Notes: generated by a model not told the origin, from the sequence alone. Counted from the first letter of the stretch, positions 52,114-62,447 are shown. The stretch is 64,000 nucleotides of DNA from Patescibacteria group bacterium (GCA_038064575.1 JBBTST010000001.1:99650-163649); one strand, 5' to 3'. Made by a program: numbers and translations.

Positions 52114-53333
52114 ACTTTCTGCATATAGACATAAATTCCTACTTTGCCACAATGCTCCAGCAAGAGAACCCAGATTTGCGGGGAAAACCCGTTGGAGTGA
52201 TCAAAGATAAGGGCAGAACCTGCATAATCGCCGCATCAAAAGAAGCTAAAAAGTTGGGTGTCAAAACAGGTTGTAATGTAAAAGAGGCTAAAATTCTTGC
52301 TCCGCATATTATTCTTGTTCCAGCAGAGTTTGATATATATCTTGATGCCACAAAAAAGCTTAAAAAAATCTTTGAGAATATTACTCCGGACGCTGAAATA
52401 TTTTCTCTTGATGAGGCCTTTATCCCACTAAAGACTCTAAAGTATATATATCCAAATCCTCACAAGTTAGCCATTAAAACCAAACTAACAATCAAAGAAG
52501 TCCTTGGAGAGTGGATAACCTGCAACATAGGCATTGCCAAAAACAGACTTTTAGCCAAAATTGCAAGCGAAATAGCTCCAAAAGATTCAATTTTTGAGAT
52601 CAATGAGCAGAATGAAGAAGAAATACTAAAAACGGTAAATTTCTCTGATGTTTGCGGAGTGGGGTTCAAACTTGAAGCAAGACTTAAGGAGCTTGGAGTA
52701 GAACACCCTTATCAAATCAGAACTATTCCAACTGACCTGCTTGAAACAAAGTTTGGACTCTTTCTGGCTGAAGCCTTGATACAGATAGGACGGGGAGAAG
52801 GCTCTTACATTCTTGACAGAAGTAGCGCAGCACACATGAAAAGTGTAAGCAGAACAATCACCCTCTTTAAACTGTGCGGCAATGAAACACAAATAAAAAG
52901 CGTTCTTTATAACTTAGCAGAAGAAGTAACTTACAAAGTAAGAAGAATGGACATGGCAGGGCGCCAAGTGGGTTTTTTCCTCCAGGGAGAAGAAAAAACA
53001 ATTAGCGCACATAGGACTCTCAAACAGTACATAAGACACACAAATGAAATGGTTGAAATTATTGAGGACTTGTATAAAAATCGCAAAAGAACTTTTAGAG
53101 TTATCAAATTTGGAGTTTTTCTTTCTTACTTGAAACCCCTAAAAGAAGTTCCCCCCACACTTTTTTCTGAATGGTACAAAAACGAAAAGCTTTATAAGTC
53201 TTTGGATGCAATCTCACAAAAATATGGTCTTTTCACTGTGAGATCCGGACTTTTGACGCAAGTTAAAGACATAATAAGACCGGAGGTAACAGGCTATCTG
53301 GGAGATAAGAAGTATCAGTTTATGGAAGAGTAA
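52101..53333 (+). CDS. dinB: Y-family DNA polymerase (DinB/UmuC-like)
   Basis: 'HIDINSYFA', 'IIAASKEAKKLGVKTG', 'SLDEAF', 'IGIAKNRLLAKIAS'. Confidence 0.92.
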   Translation: MAGLNFLHIDINSYFATMLQQENPDLRGKPVGVIKDKGRTCIIAASKEAKKLGVKTGCNVKEAKILAPHIILVPAEFDIYLDATKKLKKIFENITPDAEIFSLDEAFIPLKTLKYIYPNPHKLAIKTKLTIKEVLGEWITCNIGIAKNRLLAKIASEIAPKDSIFEINEQNEEEILKTVNFSDVCGVGFKLEARLKELGVEHPYQIRTIPTDLLETKFGLFLAEALIQIGRGEGSYILDRSSAAHMKSVSRTITLFKLCGNETQIKSVLYNLAEEVTYKVRRMDMAGRQVGFFLQGEEKTISAHRTLKQYIRHTNEMVEIIEDLYKNRKRTFRVIKFGVFLSYLKPLKEVPPTLFSEWYKNEKLYKSLDAISQKYGLFTVRSGLLTQVKDIIRPEVTGYLGDKKYQFMEE

Positions 53334-53649
53334 ACTCACTTCCCATGGAATCAAATTTGCTAATATCATACTTTGGCCTTATCTCTTCCCCAGGCTTTTT
53401 AACACCGAGCGCAAAATTGAGGGCGTTTACTATACTTGCAGAAATTCTAAGCCCTGTAAAAGATCCCGGTCCCTCATTCATAGAAAAAATTGAGACATCA
53501 GAAAATTTTAATTTATTTCTAACTAACAGCTCTTCTATTGAAGAAACCACATCCACCTCCCCGGAGATTTCATCAAGCGCTTTCTTATCCTTAAGCAATC
53601 GAATAATGTTTTTGTGTCTGTCGGTACAGTCAATAAAAACTTCAACCAT
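53320..53649 (-). CDS. tsaB: Short TsaB (N-terminal domain only)
   Basis: 'FIDCT', 'GPGSFTGLRI...NAL'; follows tsaE. Confidence 0.85.
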   Translation of the reverse strand: MVEVFIDCTDRHKNIIRLLKDKKALDEISGEVDVVSSIEELLVRNKLKFSDVSIFSMNEGPGSFTGLRISASIVNALNFALGVKKPGEEIRPKYDISKFDSMGSEFTLP

Positions 53650-53653
53650 AAAC

Positions 53654-54091
53654 TCAACAATCAAAATTTGTTACAATTTTGCGAGTTTTTTCATCTACAA
53701 ATTCAAAATCTATTCTTTTAGCATCCTCTTTTACAAATCCTCCAAGTACATCCGGCCACTCAACCAAGGCAACAGACAAATCACCAGCTATTATATCTTC
53801 AATCCCCAAATCCAAAGCCTCCTGTAAAATTCTTGCTCTATACAAATCAAGATGATAAATCCTTTTTATACCCCTTAGCATCTTGGTAAGTTTATAATCT
53901 CTAACAAAAACAAAAGTTGGACTTTGCACCCTAATTGAAGAATCAATAGCCGCCAAAAAACCGGTTACAAAAGTAGTTTTACCGCTTCCTAAATTGCCAT
54001 ACAAAAAGAACGCATCTCCTGCCTTACATCTCAGAGCTATTCTAGCAGCCAAGTCTTGAGTTTCCCTGGGAGAACTGGTAAGTATTTCCAT
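53654..54091 (-). CDS. tsaE: t6A biosynthesis ATPase TsaE
   Basis: 'GNLGSGKTTF', 'VQSPTF', 'HLDLYR', 'VEW'. Confidence 0.95.
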   Translation of the reverse strand: MEILTSSPRETQDLAARIALRCKAGDAFFLYGNLGSGKTTFVTGFLAAIDSSIRVQSPTFVFVRDYKLTKMLRGIKRIYHLDLYRARILQEALDLGIEDIIAGDLSVALVEWPDVLGGFVKEDAKRIDFEFVDEKTRKIVTNFDC

Positions 54092-54441
54092 AAAAGCAGT
54101 CCTGTAACTAGGATACCGGAAGAGTCTATCAAAAAATCAGAGATTTTTCCCGTTCGGGTAGGAACAAATGATTGATGCACTTCATCAAAGGCCGCATAAA
54201 AAATAGCAAAAATTATACTCAGAAAAGCGTTTTTTGTGGCCCTAAAGTAGGTAACGCATAAAAGGGTATATTCAGCAATGTGCAACGCTTTTCTGATCCA
54301 AAAGTTTGCGCTCCCATCAGAAGAAAAGTCAGCTCCGGGGAGGGAGGACAACACAAAAATCACAGCCATCCAAAATAGTGAAGGAAGCCACAATGACACA
54401 ACTCTCTTAACTTTTTCACATCTTGTAATTTTGTCAGCCAT
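54037..54441 (-). CDS. VanZ-family membrane protein
   Basis: 'WMAVIFVLSS', 'RKALH.AEY', 'DEVHQSFVPTR.G...D..ID'. Confidence 0.88.
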   Translation of the reverse strand: MADKITRCEKVKRVVSLWLPSLFWMAVIFVLSSLPGADFSSDGSANFWIRKALHIAEYTLLCVTYFRATKNAFLSIIFAIFYAAFDEVHQSFVPTRTGKISDFLIDSSGILVTGLLLWKYLPVLPGKLKTWLLE

Positions 54442-54448
54442 TTTCCTT

Positions 54449-55693
54449 CTACCTTATATGAAAATAATAACTCACAATGCCATCCCCATGATCAATTGCC
54501 GCAAAATTCATCTTAATTCCATAACAGGGTGTTGTACCCTTAATAAGGGTACCATCATCAGGCGCATAAATAAGAGTATTTGATGCAACCATGTCTATTC
54601 CCGTATGTTGTCCGCCAAGATACCTCCAAGACCAAGGAGTCCGCCCGTATCTTTGGGTTATCTCAGGAGTTTTCATAGGCCACTCCCATTTGCCACTACC
54701 TATTTTCTTGTAACCTGAGGCATAGTCGCTAACATACAAAGTTTTAGATTTCAGGTAACTTTCGCTATTTACAGCTTTCCCATTTTTTCTCATCTCAAAG
54801 TGTAAGTGTGCCCCTGTTGAACAGCTTGGATATCCCGAGTTACCCATGACAGCAATTGTATTTCCTTTCTTAACTTTAGACCCGTTTTTAAAATTTGTTG
54901 AGGCAACAGCACCTTCGATAGCTGCAATCTCTCCTTGAGCTTGTCTCAGTAAATCCTGATATGTTGCCTCACTTCCCCTGGTTTGTGTCAAAAGCGCATC
55001 TTTCTCACTTTTTTGCCTGGCAAGGGATGCCTTCAAACCCTCTAAACCTCTTTTTTCATTTTCAATTCTTAATTTAACCTCTTCAACTTTTACTTTTTTC
55101 TCCTCAAGAGTAAGTTTCTGGCCTTCATAGTTTCTCTTTGTATCAGTAAGTATTGCTATAAACTTTTTATCCTGCTCCTCAATCTCTTTTATATATTTAA
55201 TTTTTTGCAAAAACGAATTTACATTTTCATTAAACACATAAAACAAAAGAGAGATGCTTCCGGCTTTATATCTTGATCTGACACGCTCATTTAATAAGGC
55301 CGATTGATAAGAAACAGCACCCCCAAGCTTGTCTATTTTTCCTCCCAGTACTCCTATATCTCCAATAAGACCTTTAAGCTCATCTTCTTTTTCCTCTATG
55401 GTTTTTGTTGCTGTTTTAATTTTTAGCTGAACAAGACTTACTTGATCATCAATACTCTCTATTTCATTTTGCAGAGTTTTCTCTTTTTTTTCTAATTCTG
55501 AAATCTTTCTTTCATATTTATCTTCAAGCTTTTTGCAGTCCTCCAAAGTATCGCAAATTTTATCTTCCTCCCCTCCTATTCCTAATGGTCTTTGGAAAAG
55601 CTCATCATGCGCCAAAGCAACTTTTGAAACATTTAATGCTGACGCAAAAAGAGCCAAAAAAAACAAGGCAAGGAAGATAGCTTTTTTGAACAT
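54449..55693 (-). CDS. Coiled-coil plus M23 murein hydrolase (EnvC/CwlO-like FtsEX partner)
   Basis: Signal peptide, long coiled coil, 'MGNSG...STGAHLHFE' and 'HTGIDM'; downstream of ftsX. Confidence 0.85.
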   Translation of the reverse strand: MFKKAIFLALFFLALFASALNVSKVALAHDELFQRPLGIGGEEDKICDTLEDCKKLEDKYERKISELEKKEKTLQNEIESIDDQVSLVQLKIKTATKTIEEKEDELKGLIGDIGVLGGKIDKLGGAVSYQSALLNERVRSRYKAGSISLLFYVFNENVNSFLQKIKYIKEIEEQDKKFIAILTDTKRNYEGQKLTLEEKKVKVEEVKLRIENEKRGLEGLKASLARQKSEKDALLTQTRGSEATYQDLLRQAQGEIAAIEGAVASTNFKNGSKVKKGNTIAVMGNSGYPSCSTGAHLHFEMRKNGKAVNSESYLKSKTLYVSDYASGYKKIGSGKWEWPMKTPEITQRYGRTPWSWRYLGGQHTGIDMVASNTLIYAPDDGTLIKGTTPCYGIKMNFAAIDHGDGIVSYYFHIR

Positions 55694-55699
55694 ACGGGA

Positions 55700-56635
55700 T
55701 TAATACTTCAAGTACTTCTTAATTGCAAATGCACTGCCCATAAAACCCAGAGCAATACCAAAAAGTGTTTGAAGTGAAGCAAAAGCTACAAAAGAGGCAA
55801 TTCTATCCAAAACGCTCATACTTTTTCCAAAAAATGGCGCCCAGTAAATAAATTCTAAAGGCCCTATCTCAACGCTTATGCCTTTAACTATTCCACCAAT
55901 CACAGGGGCCACAAAAGGCAAAACCCCATAAATCAAAAGGGTAGAAATAAAGGCTGCACCAACTCCATAAAAAACTCCTTGTAAAACAAGCGGAGCTTTC
56001 ACATATTTATCAGAGGCTCCTACAAGCTTTAAAATCTCAACTTCCAAACCTTTTGAATGAATAGTAATACCAACGGTCATCCAAATAACAACCATGGACT
56101 CAAGAATAAGAACCACTAACAGCATTACGCTGCTTATACGCAAAATGTTGCTCCATCTTCTGAAAGTACTTACAACATCTTTATAAAACTTAACCTCTTC
56201 TACACCGTCTCGTTTTTTTAACTCTTCGGAAAGGACATCCAGATTCTCAATTTTATCAGACTTGACCTCTAAGCTTGCAGGAAGCGGGTTTGATTGCAAA
56301 GATTCAACTAAAGCAGGCTCATCTTTGGTAGCCTCTTTAAATATTTCCAGAGCTTCCTCTTTTGAAACATAGTTAACCTCATGGATTCTCTCATCCTTTT
56401 CAAGATTTTCTTTTACCTTAAGAATGGATTCTTCTGTAGTAGCATCAGTAAAATAAACTGATATCTGAGCTCTTCTTTCAAGATAGTGCAAAACAACACC
56501 CGAACCTACTAACAAAAAAATAAAAATATTTAAAGTTATTACTGCTTGTGCAATTACAAACACAGAATTTAGTGCAAGCCAAGGCTCTCTTTTGATGTTA
56601 CTTCTTAACATTTGAAGAGCTTTTTTAAGTTTCAT
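55700..56635 (-). CDS. ftsX: Cell division permease FtsX
   Basis: 'YVSKEEALE.FK', 'NPLPAS.EV', 'EVEILKLVGAS..YV..P'. Confidence 0.93.
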   Translation of the reverse strand: MKLKKALQMLRSNIKREPWLALNSVFVIAQAVITLNIFIFLLVGSGVVLHYLERRAQISVYFTDATTEESILKVKENLEKDERIHEVNYVSKEEALEIFKEATKDEPALVESLQSNPLPASLEVKSDKIENLDVLSEELKKRDGVEEVKFYKDVVSTFRRWSNILRISSVMLLVVLILESMVVIWMTVGITIHSKGLEVEILKLVGASDKYVKAPLVLQGVFYGVGAAFISTLLIYGVLPFVAPVIGGIVKGISVEIGPLEFIYWAPFFGKSMSVLDRIASFVAFASLQTLFGIALGFMGSAFAIKKYLKY

Positions 56636-57305
56636 TTCCTCCTTGATCTACATCCTGTACTACCTTCCCTTTATCCAAAACTATCACTCTTTTTTTGAGT
56701 TTATTTACAATATCCATATCATGAGTTGCCATAATAACCAAAGTTCCAAGTCCATTGATCTTTTCAAGCAGATCAACAACTTCAGCTGTGGCAATAGGGT
56801 CAATATTTCCTGTTGGCTCATCAGCAATTAACACCTTGGGTTCATGAGCTAAAGCTCGGGCAATAGTAAGCCTTTGTTTCTCTCCTCCCGATAGTTGATA
56901 GGGAAACGACTTCATCTTGGAAGAGAGACCAACAAGATTAAGTGCATTAGGAACTATTTGGGAAATTTCATATTCCGGTCTATCAACAACTTCCAAGGAT
57001 ACGGCAACATTTTCAAATACAGTTTTTGAATTCAAAAGCTTAAAATCCTGAAACACAACACCAATTTTTCTTCTAAGCTCAGGAAGCATTTTTTTATTCA
57101 TTTTTGTGATATCTACCCCATCAACAAAGATTGAGCCCGAGGAAGGAAGCTCTTCATGTATTAACAGCTTGATAAGAGTAGTTTTTCCGGCTCCTGAGGG
57201 ACCCACCAGGAATACAAAACTTGAAGAGGGTATTGAAAGAGTCAAATCCTCTACAGCCACCGTTCCATCTTTATATGACTTGGTAACACTTTCAAATTTA
57301 ATCAT
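56625..57305 (-). CDS. ftsE: Cell division ATP-binding protein FtsE
   Basis: 'GPSGAGKTT', 'GVVFQDFKLL', 'LSGGEKQR', 'ADEPTGN.D'. Confidence 0.95.
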   Translation of the reverse strand: MIKFESVTKSYKDGTVAVEDLTLSIPSSSFVFLVGPSGAGKTTLIKLLIHEELPSSGSIFVDGVDITKMNKKMLPELRRKIGVVFQDFKLLNSKTVFENVAVSLEVVDRPEYEISQIVPNALNLVGLSSKMKSFPYQLSGGEKQRLTIARALAHEPKVLIADEPTGNIDPIATAEVVDLLEKINGLGTLVIMATHDMDIVNKLKKRVIVLDKGKVVQDVDQGGNET

Positions 57306-57309
57306 AGCT

Positions 57310-57732
57310 TCAGTTGTAAACTACTTGTTCAACAAAAAAAACTTCTTTTTTACCATCATTAGTTCTTTCAACTTTACCTTTGAGCTTAACTGTAGCTCCT
57401 TCAACAAATTTAAGTTTATCGTCATCCGCTTTTAGAAGAATTATGTCTTTCCCCTGTGCATCTACAAGTTTGTAAGAAATGTTTTCGTCAGGATATGTGT
57501 CAGGATTAACGTATACAACTTTACCCAATTTCTGCGCAGGGTCTTGCAGGGTAACATTTTCAGAACTATCTTCTTTTTTTGCACCTTTAGTATTTTTTAA
57601 AAAGTTTGGGAGTTGACCAAGAATGAGTCCTAATAAAGCAAAAAGAGTAAAAACACAGGCAACAAGAACCACTAATTTCTTGCCTCTAAACCCTTCAAAA
57701 TAATCGTACAGTTTTTTAACGGCAGGAAGCAT
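57310..57732 (-). CDS. Hypothetical membrane-anchored protein (OB-fold-like C-terminus)
   Basis: One TM, then beta-rich 'YKL..A.G...ILL...LKFVEG..V.L.G'. Confidence 0.6.
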   Translation of the reverse strand: MLPAVKKLYDYFEGFRGKKLVVLVACVFTLFALLGLILGQLPNFLKNTKGAKKEDSSENVTLQDPAQKLGKVVYVNPDTYPDENISYKLVDAQGKDIILLKADDDKLKFVEGATVKLKGKVERTNDGKKEVFFVEQVVYN

Positions 57733-57744
57733 GGGCTCATTATA

Positions 57745-58746
57745 CTAAAGAGAAAGCATTGCCTCAATGAATTCATCTATATAACCATCTAGAACTTGTT
57801 CAGGATTAGTCACTTCATAGCCTGTTCTTAAATCTTTAACCATTTTATAAGGATGCAGCACATAGCTCCTAATTTGGTTTCCCCAACCTGCATTTTTATG
57901 CTCGCCTTTAATGACTTTCTTCTCTTTTTCAAGCTCCTCCTCCTTAAGCTTATAAAGTTTTGCTTTCAGTACTTTTAGGGCTAAATCTCTATTTCTTGCC
58001 TGATAACGTTCAGTCTGACATTCAACAACAATGCCTGTAGGCTTATGCTTAAGTCTCACAGCGGTTTCCACCTTATTTACATTTTGTCCACCATGCCCAG
58101 TTGACCGCTTGGATTCAAATTCAATATCCTCAGGTTTCATATCAATCTCAGAATCATCTTCAATGACAGGCATTACCTCAACCAACGCAAAAGAGGTTTG
58201 CCTTAAATTATTTGCATTAAAAGGTGAAAGTCTCACCAGCCTATGAACACCGCCTTCAAGCTTAAGTAACCCATAAGCAAACTCCCCTTTGATTTCATAC
58301 GTTACAGACTTAATTCCCGTCTCCTCTCCGTTTGTTCTGTCTATTTCCTCATACTTAAAACCTTTGAGATCACAATACCTCAAATACATTCTCAAAAGCA
58401 TCCCCGCCCAATCACACGCTTCAGTTCCTCCTTGCCCTGCGTGAATTGAAAAGATAGCATTTGAGGAGTCGTGCTTGCCTGAAAGATAGGTTTTAAGCTC
58501 TAATTTTTTGAGAAGCCGCTCAAATTCTACAAATTCCTGAGACTTGAGATAAAGTTCAAGAAGCAAAACTTCATCTAGCTGCCTTTTAAGATCTGAAAGC
58601 TCTTTTGAAAGCTTCTGTCCTTCCTGCCAATCGTCCCATAAAGTAGTGCTTGAAACAATTTCTTCAAGCTCAGAAAGTCTCTTTCTTTTTTCATCTATAT
58701 TTAGTTTTTTCTTCAGAGCTAAAAGCTTTTCCTCAAGTTCCTCCAC
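57745..58746 (-). CDS. prfB: Peptide chain release factor 2, no programmed frameshift
   Basis: SPF motif, GGQ, '[10 protein letters not shown]'; continuous frame from GTG. Confidence 0.93.
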   Translation of the reverse strand: MEELEEKLLALKKKLNIDEKRKRLSELEEIVSSTTLWDDWQEGQKLSKELSDLKRQLDEVLLLELYLKSQEFVEFERLLKKLELKTYLSGKHDSSNAIFSIHAGQGGTEACDWAGMLLRMYLRYCDLKGFKYEEIDRTNGEETGIKSVTYEIKGEFAYGLLKLEGGVHRLVRLSPFNANNLRQTSFALVEVMPVIEDDSEIDMKPEDIEFESKRSTGHGGQNVNKVETAVRLKHKPTGIVVECQTERYQARNRDLALKVLKAKLYKLKEEELEKEKKVIKGEHKNAGWGNQIRSYVLHPYKMVKDLRTGYEVTNPEQVLDGYIDEFIEAMLSL

Positions 58747-58826
58747 TTCCTCATTCTATAAGAAGATATAAGTATTCAGCAAACAACAGGTATACAGCCT
58801 CTATAACATCCCGCACAATACAAAGA

Positions 58827-61400
58827 TTACTTAAAAACTTCCAGTCCTATTTCTATAGAATCACCCTGAACAATTTCATTTGTTAACAGTTTTCTTGCCA
58901 AATAAGATTCTACTGTATTTTCAATTAACCTCCTCAGAGGCCTTGCCCCCCACTGCGGATCAAAACCATCATGAGCAAGTTTATCAATTAACTCCTGCTT
59001 AAACTTTATTCTTACACCTTTGTCATCAAGAGTTTTTATTACCCTTTCTAAAAGGATTGAGGTAATTTCCATCACATCGCTTGGATATAGAGGTTTAAAT
59101 GTAATAATTCCACTAAATCTGTTTAGAAATTCTGGTGCAAACCTCTGCCTAACTTCTTTCAAAGCTTCTTCCTTCATACTTTCATAAGATCCTCTGTTTT
59201 GCATAATTTCCTGAATCTTTGAAGTTCCCGCATTTGAAGTTGCAATAATAATGGAGTTTGAAAAATCTATCACTCTTCCCTGACTATCGGTAAGTCTTCC
59301 ATCATCCAAAACTTGCAAAAACACCAATAGAACTCTGGAACTTGCTTTTTCTATTTCATCTAGCAGAATTAGAGAATAAGGGTACCGCCTAACCTTATCC
59401 GTCAATAATCCTGTTGTATACCCATCTGAGGTTCCTATTAGTTTATCAATGCTGTCGTCTTTCTGATACTCACTCATGTCAACCCTAATCATAATTTCCT
59501 CACTCCCAAAATAAGTGGAAGCTAAAGCTTTGGCTGTCTCCGTTTTTCCAACTCCAGTAGATCCTACAAACAAAAAGCTGGCGATTGGTCTTTTTTCATC
59601 TCTAATTCCAAGCCTTCCTCTCCTTAGAGCATCTCCAATCTGAAAAACTGCTTCATCCTGACCAATAACTCTTTTTTTTATTTCCACTTCAATATTTAAA
59701 AGCTTATTGGTCTCATCAACTGTTACTGCGGTAACAGGAATTTTTGTTATTTCTGAAATGATCTCAGTTATAACTTGGGAATTAACATATTTGGAACTTT
59801 TGGAAACACTCACACTCGCCCTTTCCAAAATATCAATAGCCTTATCAGGAAGGACTCTATCCTTAATTAACTTCTTTGAAAGCTCTATTGTTTTCTCAAG
59901 TGCCAGAAAGGAAATGTCCACCTTATAAGTTTTTCCAAACTTTCTTGCCATTACTTTCAAAACCTCAAGTGTCTCTTGAGGTGTAGCCTCCTCAAGCACT
60001 ACCAGTTGAAAAAGTCTTGCAAAGGCACCGTTTGGCTCAATGTACCTTCTATAGTTAGGAAAAGAGGTAGCCCCAATAAATTGAATTTTGCCAGAAGAAA
60101 GGTGTGGCTCTAAAAAACTAAAAACTGATGCCAGTTCAGCATTCTCACTTCCGGTGCTAGCAACTAAATTATGCACCTCATCAATAAACATTATTACATT
60201 TCCGGCGCCATAAGCCTCTTCCATTATTTTTTCAACTTTTTGGCTTACTTCTCCAGGACTTCGGGCCCCAGATATTAAAGCTCCCATCTCAACAGATACC
60301 AACCTTTTAAACTTAAGAGCTTTAGCCTCTGTTCCCTCTATTATTTTTAGCGCTAGCCCCCTAACCATTGTAGTTTTTCCACAACCAGGCTCTCCCACAA
60401 TCAAAACATTCTTGCCCCCGCCTTTACTTAGAGCATCAATAGCCTCCTTCATAGCCTTTTCTTTACCAACCACTTTATCAAAATAACCTCTGGCGGCCAT
60501 TTGGGTAAAATCCTGAGACACAGAATTTAGAACAGGTGTAATCCGTGAAGTCATGCCTCTGTTCACCCCACCGATTGGAGGTGGTACATAATCTTCCTGC
60601 CAAAAAAATATTCTTCTTAGATGATCTCTTTGGGAAACAACCCAATAAATTGCATCCTCAATGTTTGTTGTTTTCAGGCTAAACTTGGCCAAAAACATGT
60701 CATTTTGAGGCATAAGTTTTAGAATAGAGCCAAAAACATGCTCAAGCTCTATATAATCATTTTTCTTTTCTTTAGCAAAATCAAAAGATTTTTGTAGAAG
60801 GTCTTGGGAGGGTGCTTTTATCTCCAACACTCTCTTTGAAAAATCCATAAGAAATTCATTTTTATTCACTTCCAGAAGTGTGAGAAGCCTGGTTACTTTT
60901 GAGTTAGATAAAAGTTCTTTGAGAAAAGTTTCTTTACTTATATCAAATTTTTGGAGCAGACCTTTATCAAAAAAACAGGCCTTAGACGCATGAGAACTAT
61001 CTGCCACAAATGAAAGCTTAAGTTCCGGCTTTCTTAACTTCAAAATGGTGAATGAAACAAAAAGAAAGAGATTATAAAGAATAAAGTAAGATACATCAGT
61101 TAGCAGAAGATAGATAGGAAAGGCATACCACAAAGGCAAAGCAAAAACTGATACGGTCAAAAGTGTTGCCATTACAACCAAACCAACAGCAAGTTTAATG
61201 ATTCTAAAAATAAAGCCAATAAGCCTCCCTACAATTGTGTAATCTCCAAAAAGCGGAGTAAATAAAAGTTTTAAAGTTAAAGTAAATGCAAATGCGTTAT
61301 TTGATAGAAATAGTATGTGTTCAAGAAGAACAAAAATTCTCTTTGGAACTCTTACAAAGACCCAAAGAAAGACTTTTGAAAAGTGGGAGGGCAAATCCAT
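58827..61400 (-). CDS. ClpA/ClpB-like AAA+ ATPase with N-terminal transmembrane segments
   Basis: Two NBDs ('GEPGCGKT', 'GSTGVGKTE'), 'LPDKAID', 'PEFLNR', 'GARPLRR'; hydrophobic N-terminus. Confidence 0.9.
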   Translation of the reverse strand: MDLPSHFSKVFLWVFVRVPKRIFVLLEHILFLSNNAFAFTLTLKLLFTPLFGDYTIVGRLIGFIFRIIKLAVGLVVMATLLTVSVFALPLWYAFPIYLLLTDVSYFILYNLFLFVSFTILKLRKPELKLSFVADSSHASKACFFDKGLLQKFDISKETFLKELLSNSKVTRLLTLLEVNKNEFLMDFSKRVLEIKAPSQDLLQKSFDFAKEKKNDYIELEHVFGSILKLMPQNDMFLAKFSLKTTNIEDAIYWVVSQRDHLRRIFFWQEDYVPPPIGGVNRGMTSRITPVLNSVSQDFTQMAARGYFDKVVGKEKAMKEAIDALSKGGGKNVLIVGEPGCGKTTMVRGLALKIIEGTEAKALKFKRLVSVEMGALISGARSPGEVSQKVEKIMEEAYGAGNVIMFIDEVHNLVASTGSENAELASVFSFLEPHLSSGKIQFIGATSFPNYRRYIEPNGAFARLFQLVVLEEATPQETLEVLKVMARKFGKTYKVDISFLALEKTIELSKKLIKDRVLPDKAIDILERASVSVSKSSKYVNSQVITEIISEITKIPVTAVTVDETNKLLNIEVEIKKRVIGQDEAVFQIGDALRRGRLGIRDEKRPIASFLFVGSTGVGKTETAKALASTYFGSEEIMIRVDMSEYQKDDSIDKLIGTSDGYTTGLLTDKVRRYPYSLILLDEIEKASSRVLLVFLQVLDDGRLTDSQGRVIDFSNSIIIATSNAGTSKIQEIMQNRGSYESMKEEALKEVRQRFAPEFLNRFSGIITFKPLYPSDVMEITSILLERVIKTLDDKGVRIKFKQELIDKLAHDGFDPQWGARPLRRLIENTVESYLARKLLTNEIVQGDSIEIGLEVFK

Positions 61401-61437
61401 ATGTAGATAATAGCATGGACAGAAACCTAAGTTTCAG

Positions 61438-61806
61438 TTAATTTCTTAGGGTGTTTAGCATATATCCCAAAAGAGGAATTTTGACTAAAACAACACCTTC
61501 AATTTCCTCATTTTTGAGAAGCCAAGGGTCTAGCACAGGATTAATATCCCCCTTTGTAACAAAATGCTGCTCATTAGCCAATAATGTCACCCCAACCACT
61601 CTATGTATTATTACCTCCTGAGATTTGGGACTTTTAAATGCAACCAGTCTACCCTTTTCTACCTTTCCCGGATAAGCAATTACCAAAGAACCTATAGGCA
61701 GAAGTTCACCCATAGAACCTGAGGTGATGGTATAAAACCTCAAACCAACCAAAAGGGAAGTTAGGTACAGTATGACAATAATTCCGGCAATTTTAAAATC
61801 CTCCAT
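61438..61806 (-). CDS. sipW: Signal peptidase I, SipW/ER-type (S26B)
   Basis: 'SGSM', 'IIHRV', 'TKGD.N..LD'. Confidence 0.85.
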   Translation of the reverse strand: MEDFKIAGIIVILYLTSLLVGLRFYTITSGSMGELLPIGSLVIAYPGKVEKGRLVAFKSPKSQEVIIHRVVGVTLLANEQHFVTKGDINPVLDPWLLKNEEIEGVVLVKIPLLGYMLNTLRN

Positions 61807-61847
61807 AAAAATACAACTCCCGATCAGCGCTAATCGGGAGATAGTTA

Positions 61848-62447
61848 CTATTGGGAAACCCCATCAGTTGTACCATTAAACACAAATTTATATAAAGCTG
61901 ACTCGCCGGCTTTTGTTGAAGGTATTGTACTCAAACTAAATCTTAGAACATAACCTTTAACCTCCAAAGGATTAATAAAACCCAAATCAATTCCTTCAGT
62001 CTTCCACTTTAGAACAGTTTTCTTAGCTATGGGTATTGCAGAAACTTCCTCAGGCTCAATAGCCCCGTTACTGTTAGTATCAGCCCACTCAAACACTTCA
62101 ACAAAAATATATTCCCTTAAACCTGCTGGATCATCCGCAGCGGTATAGTCGGAATTTGAATTAAGGGCCATCTTTAGGCTACCCTTATTGTATAGCTTGA
62201 CCATATAATCCTCAGACCAACCAGAATATATATTCTCAAAAGAGGGACCGTTTTTTGTATCAAGAAGGTTTTCCTCTTCAGTACCCTTTGAAAGGTCATT
62301 CAAAAGCTTAATGTCAGCACTGCCAACAGAGAAGTTCACCCCGGAAACTTCTCCGGAGTTCTCAAAAGCTGCCTTAGCTGTTACCACTCCTCCAGCAACT
62401 ATCAAAAGAACAAAAAGGAAAATAATAATAAATCTGAAGCTCTTCAT
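61848..62447 (-). CDS. TasA/CalY-like SipW-dependent exported protein
   Basis: SipW-class signal 'GGVVTAKAAF...NFSVGSADI', 'NIYSGWS', 'YNKGSL'; directly upstream of sipW; SD AAAAGGAGGTG. Confidence 0.7.
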   Translation of the reverse strand: MKSFRFIIIFLFVLLIVAGGVVTAKAAFENSGEVSGVNFSVGSADIKLLNDLSKGTEEENLLDTKNGPSFENIYSGWSEDYMVKLYNKGSLKMALNSNSDYTAADDPAGLREYIFVEVFEWADTNSNGAIEPEEVSAIPIAKKTVLKWKTEGIDLGFINPLEVKGYVLRFSLSTIPSTKAGESALYKFVFNGTTDGVSQ

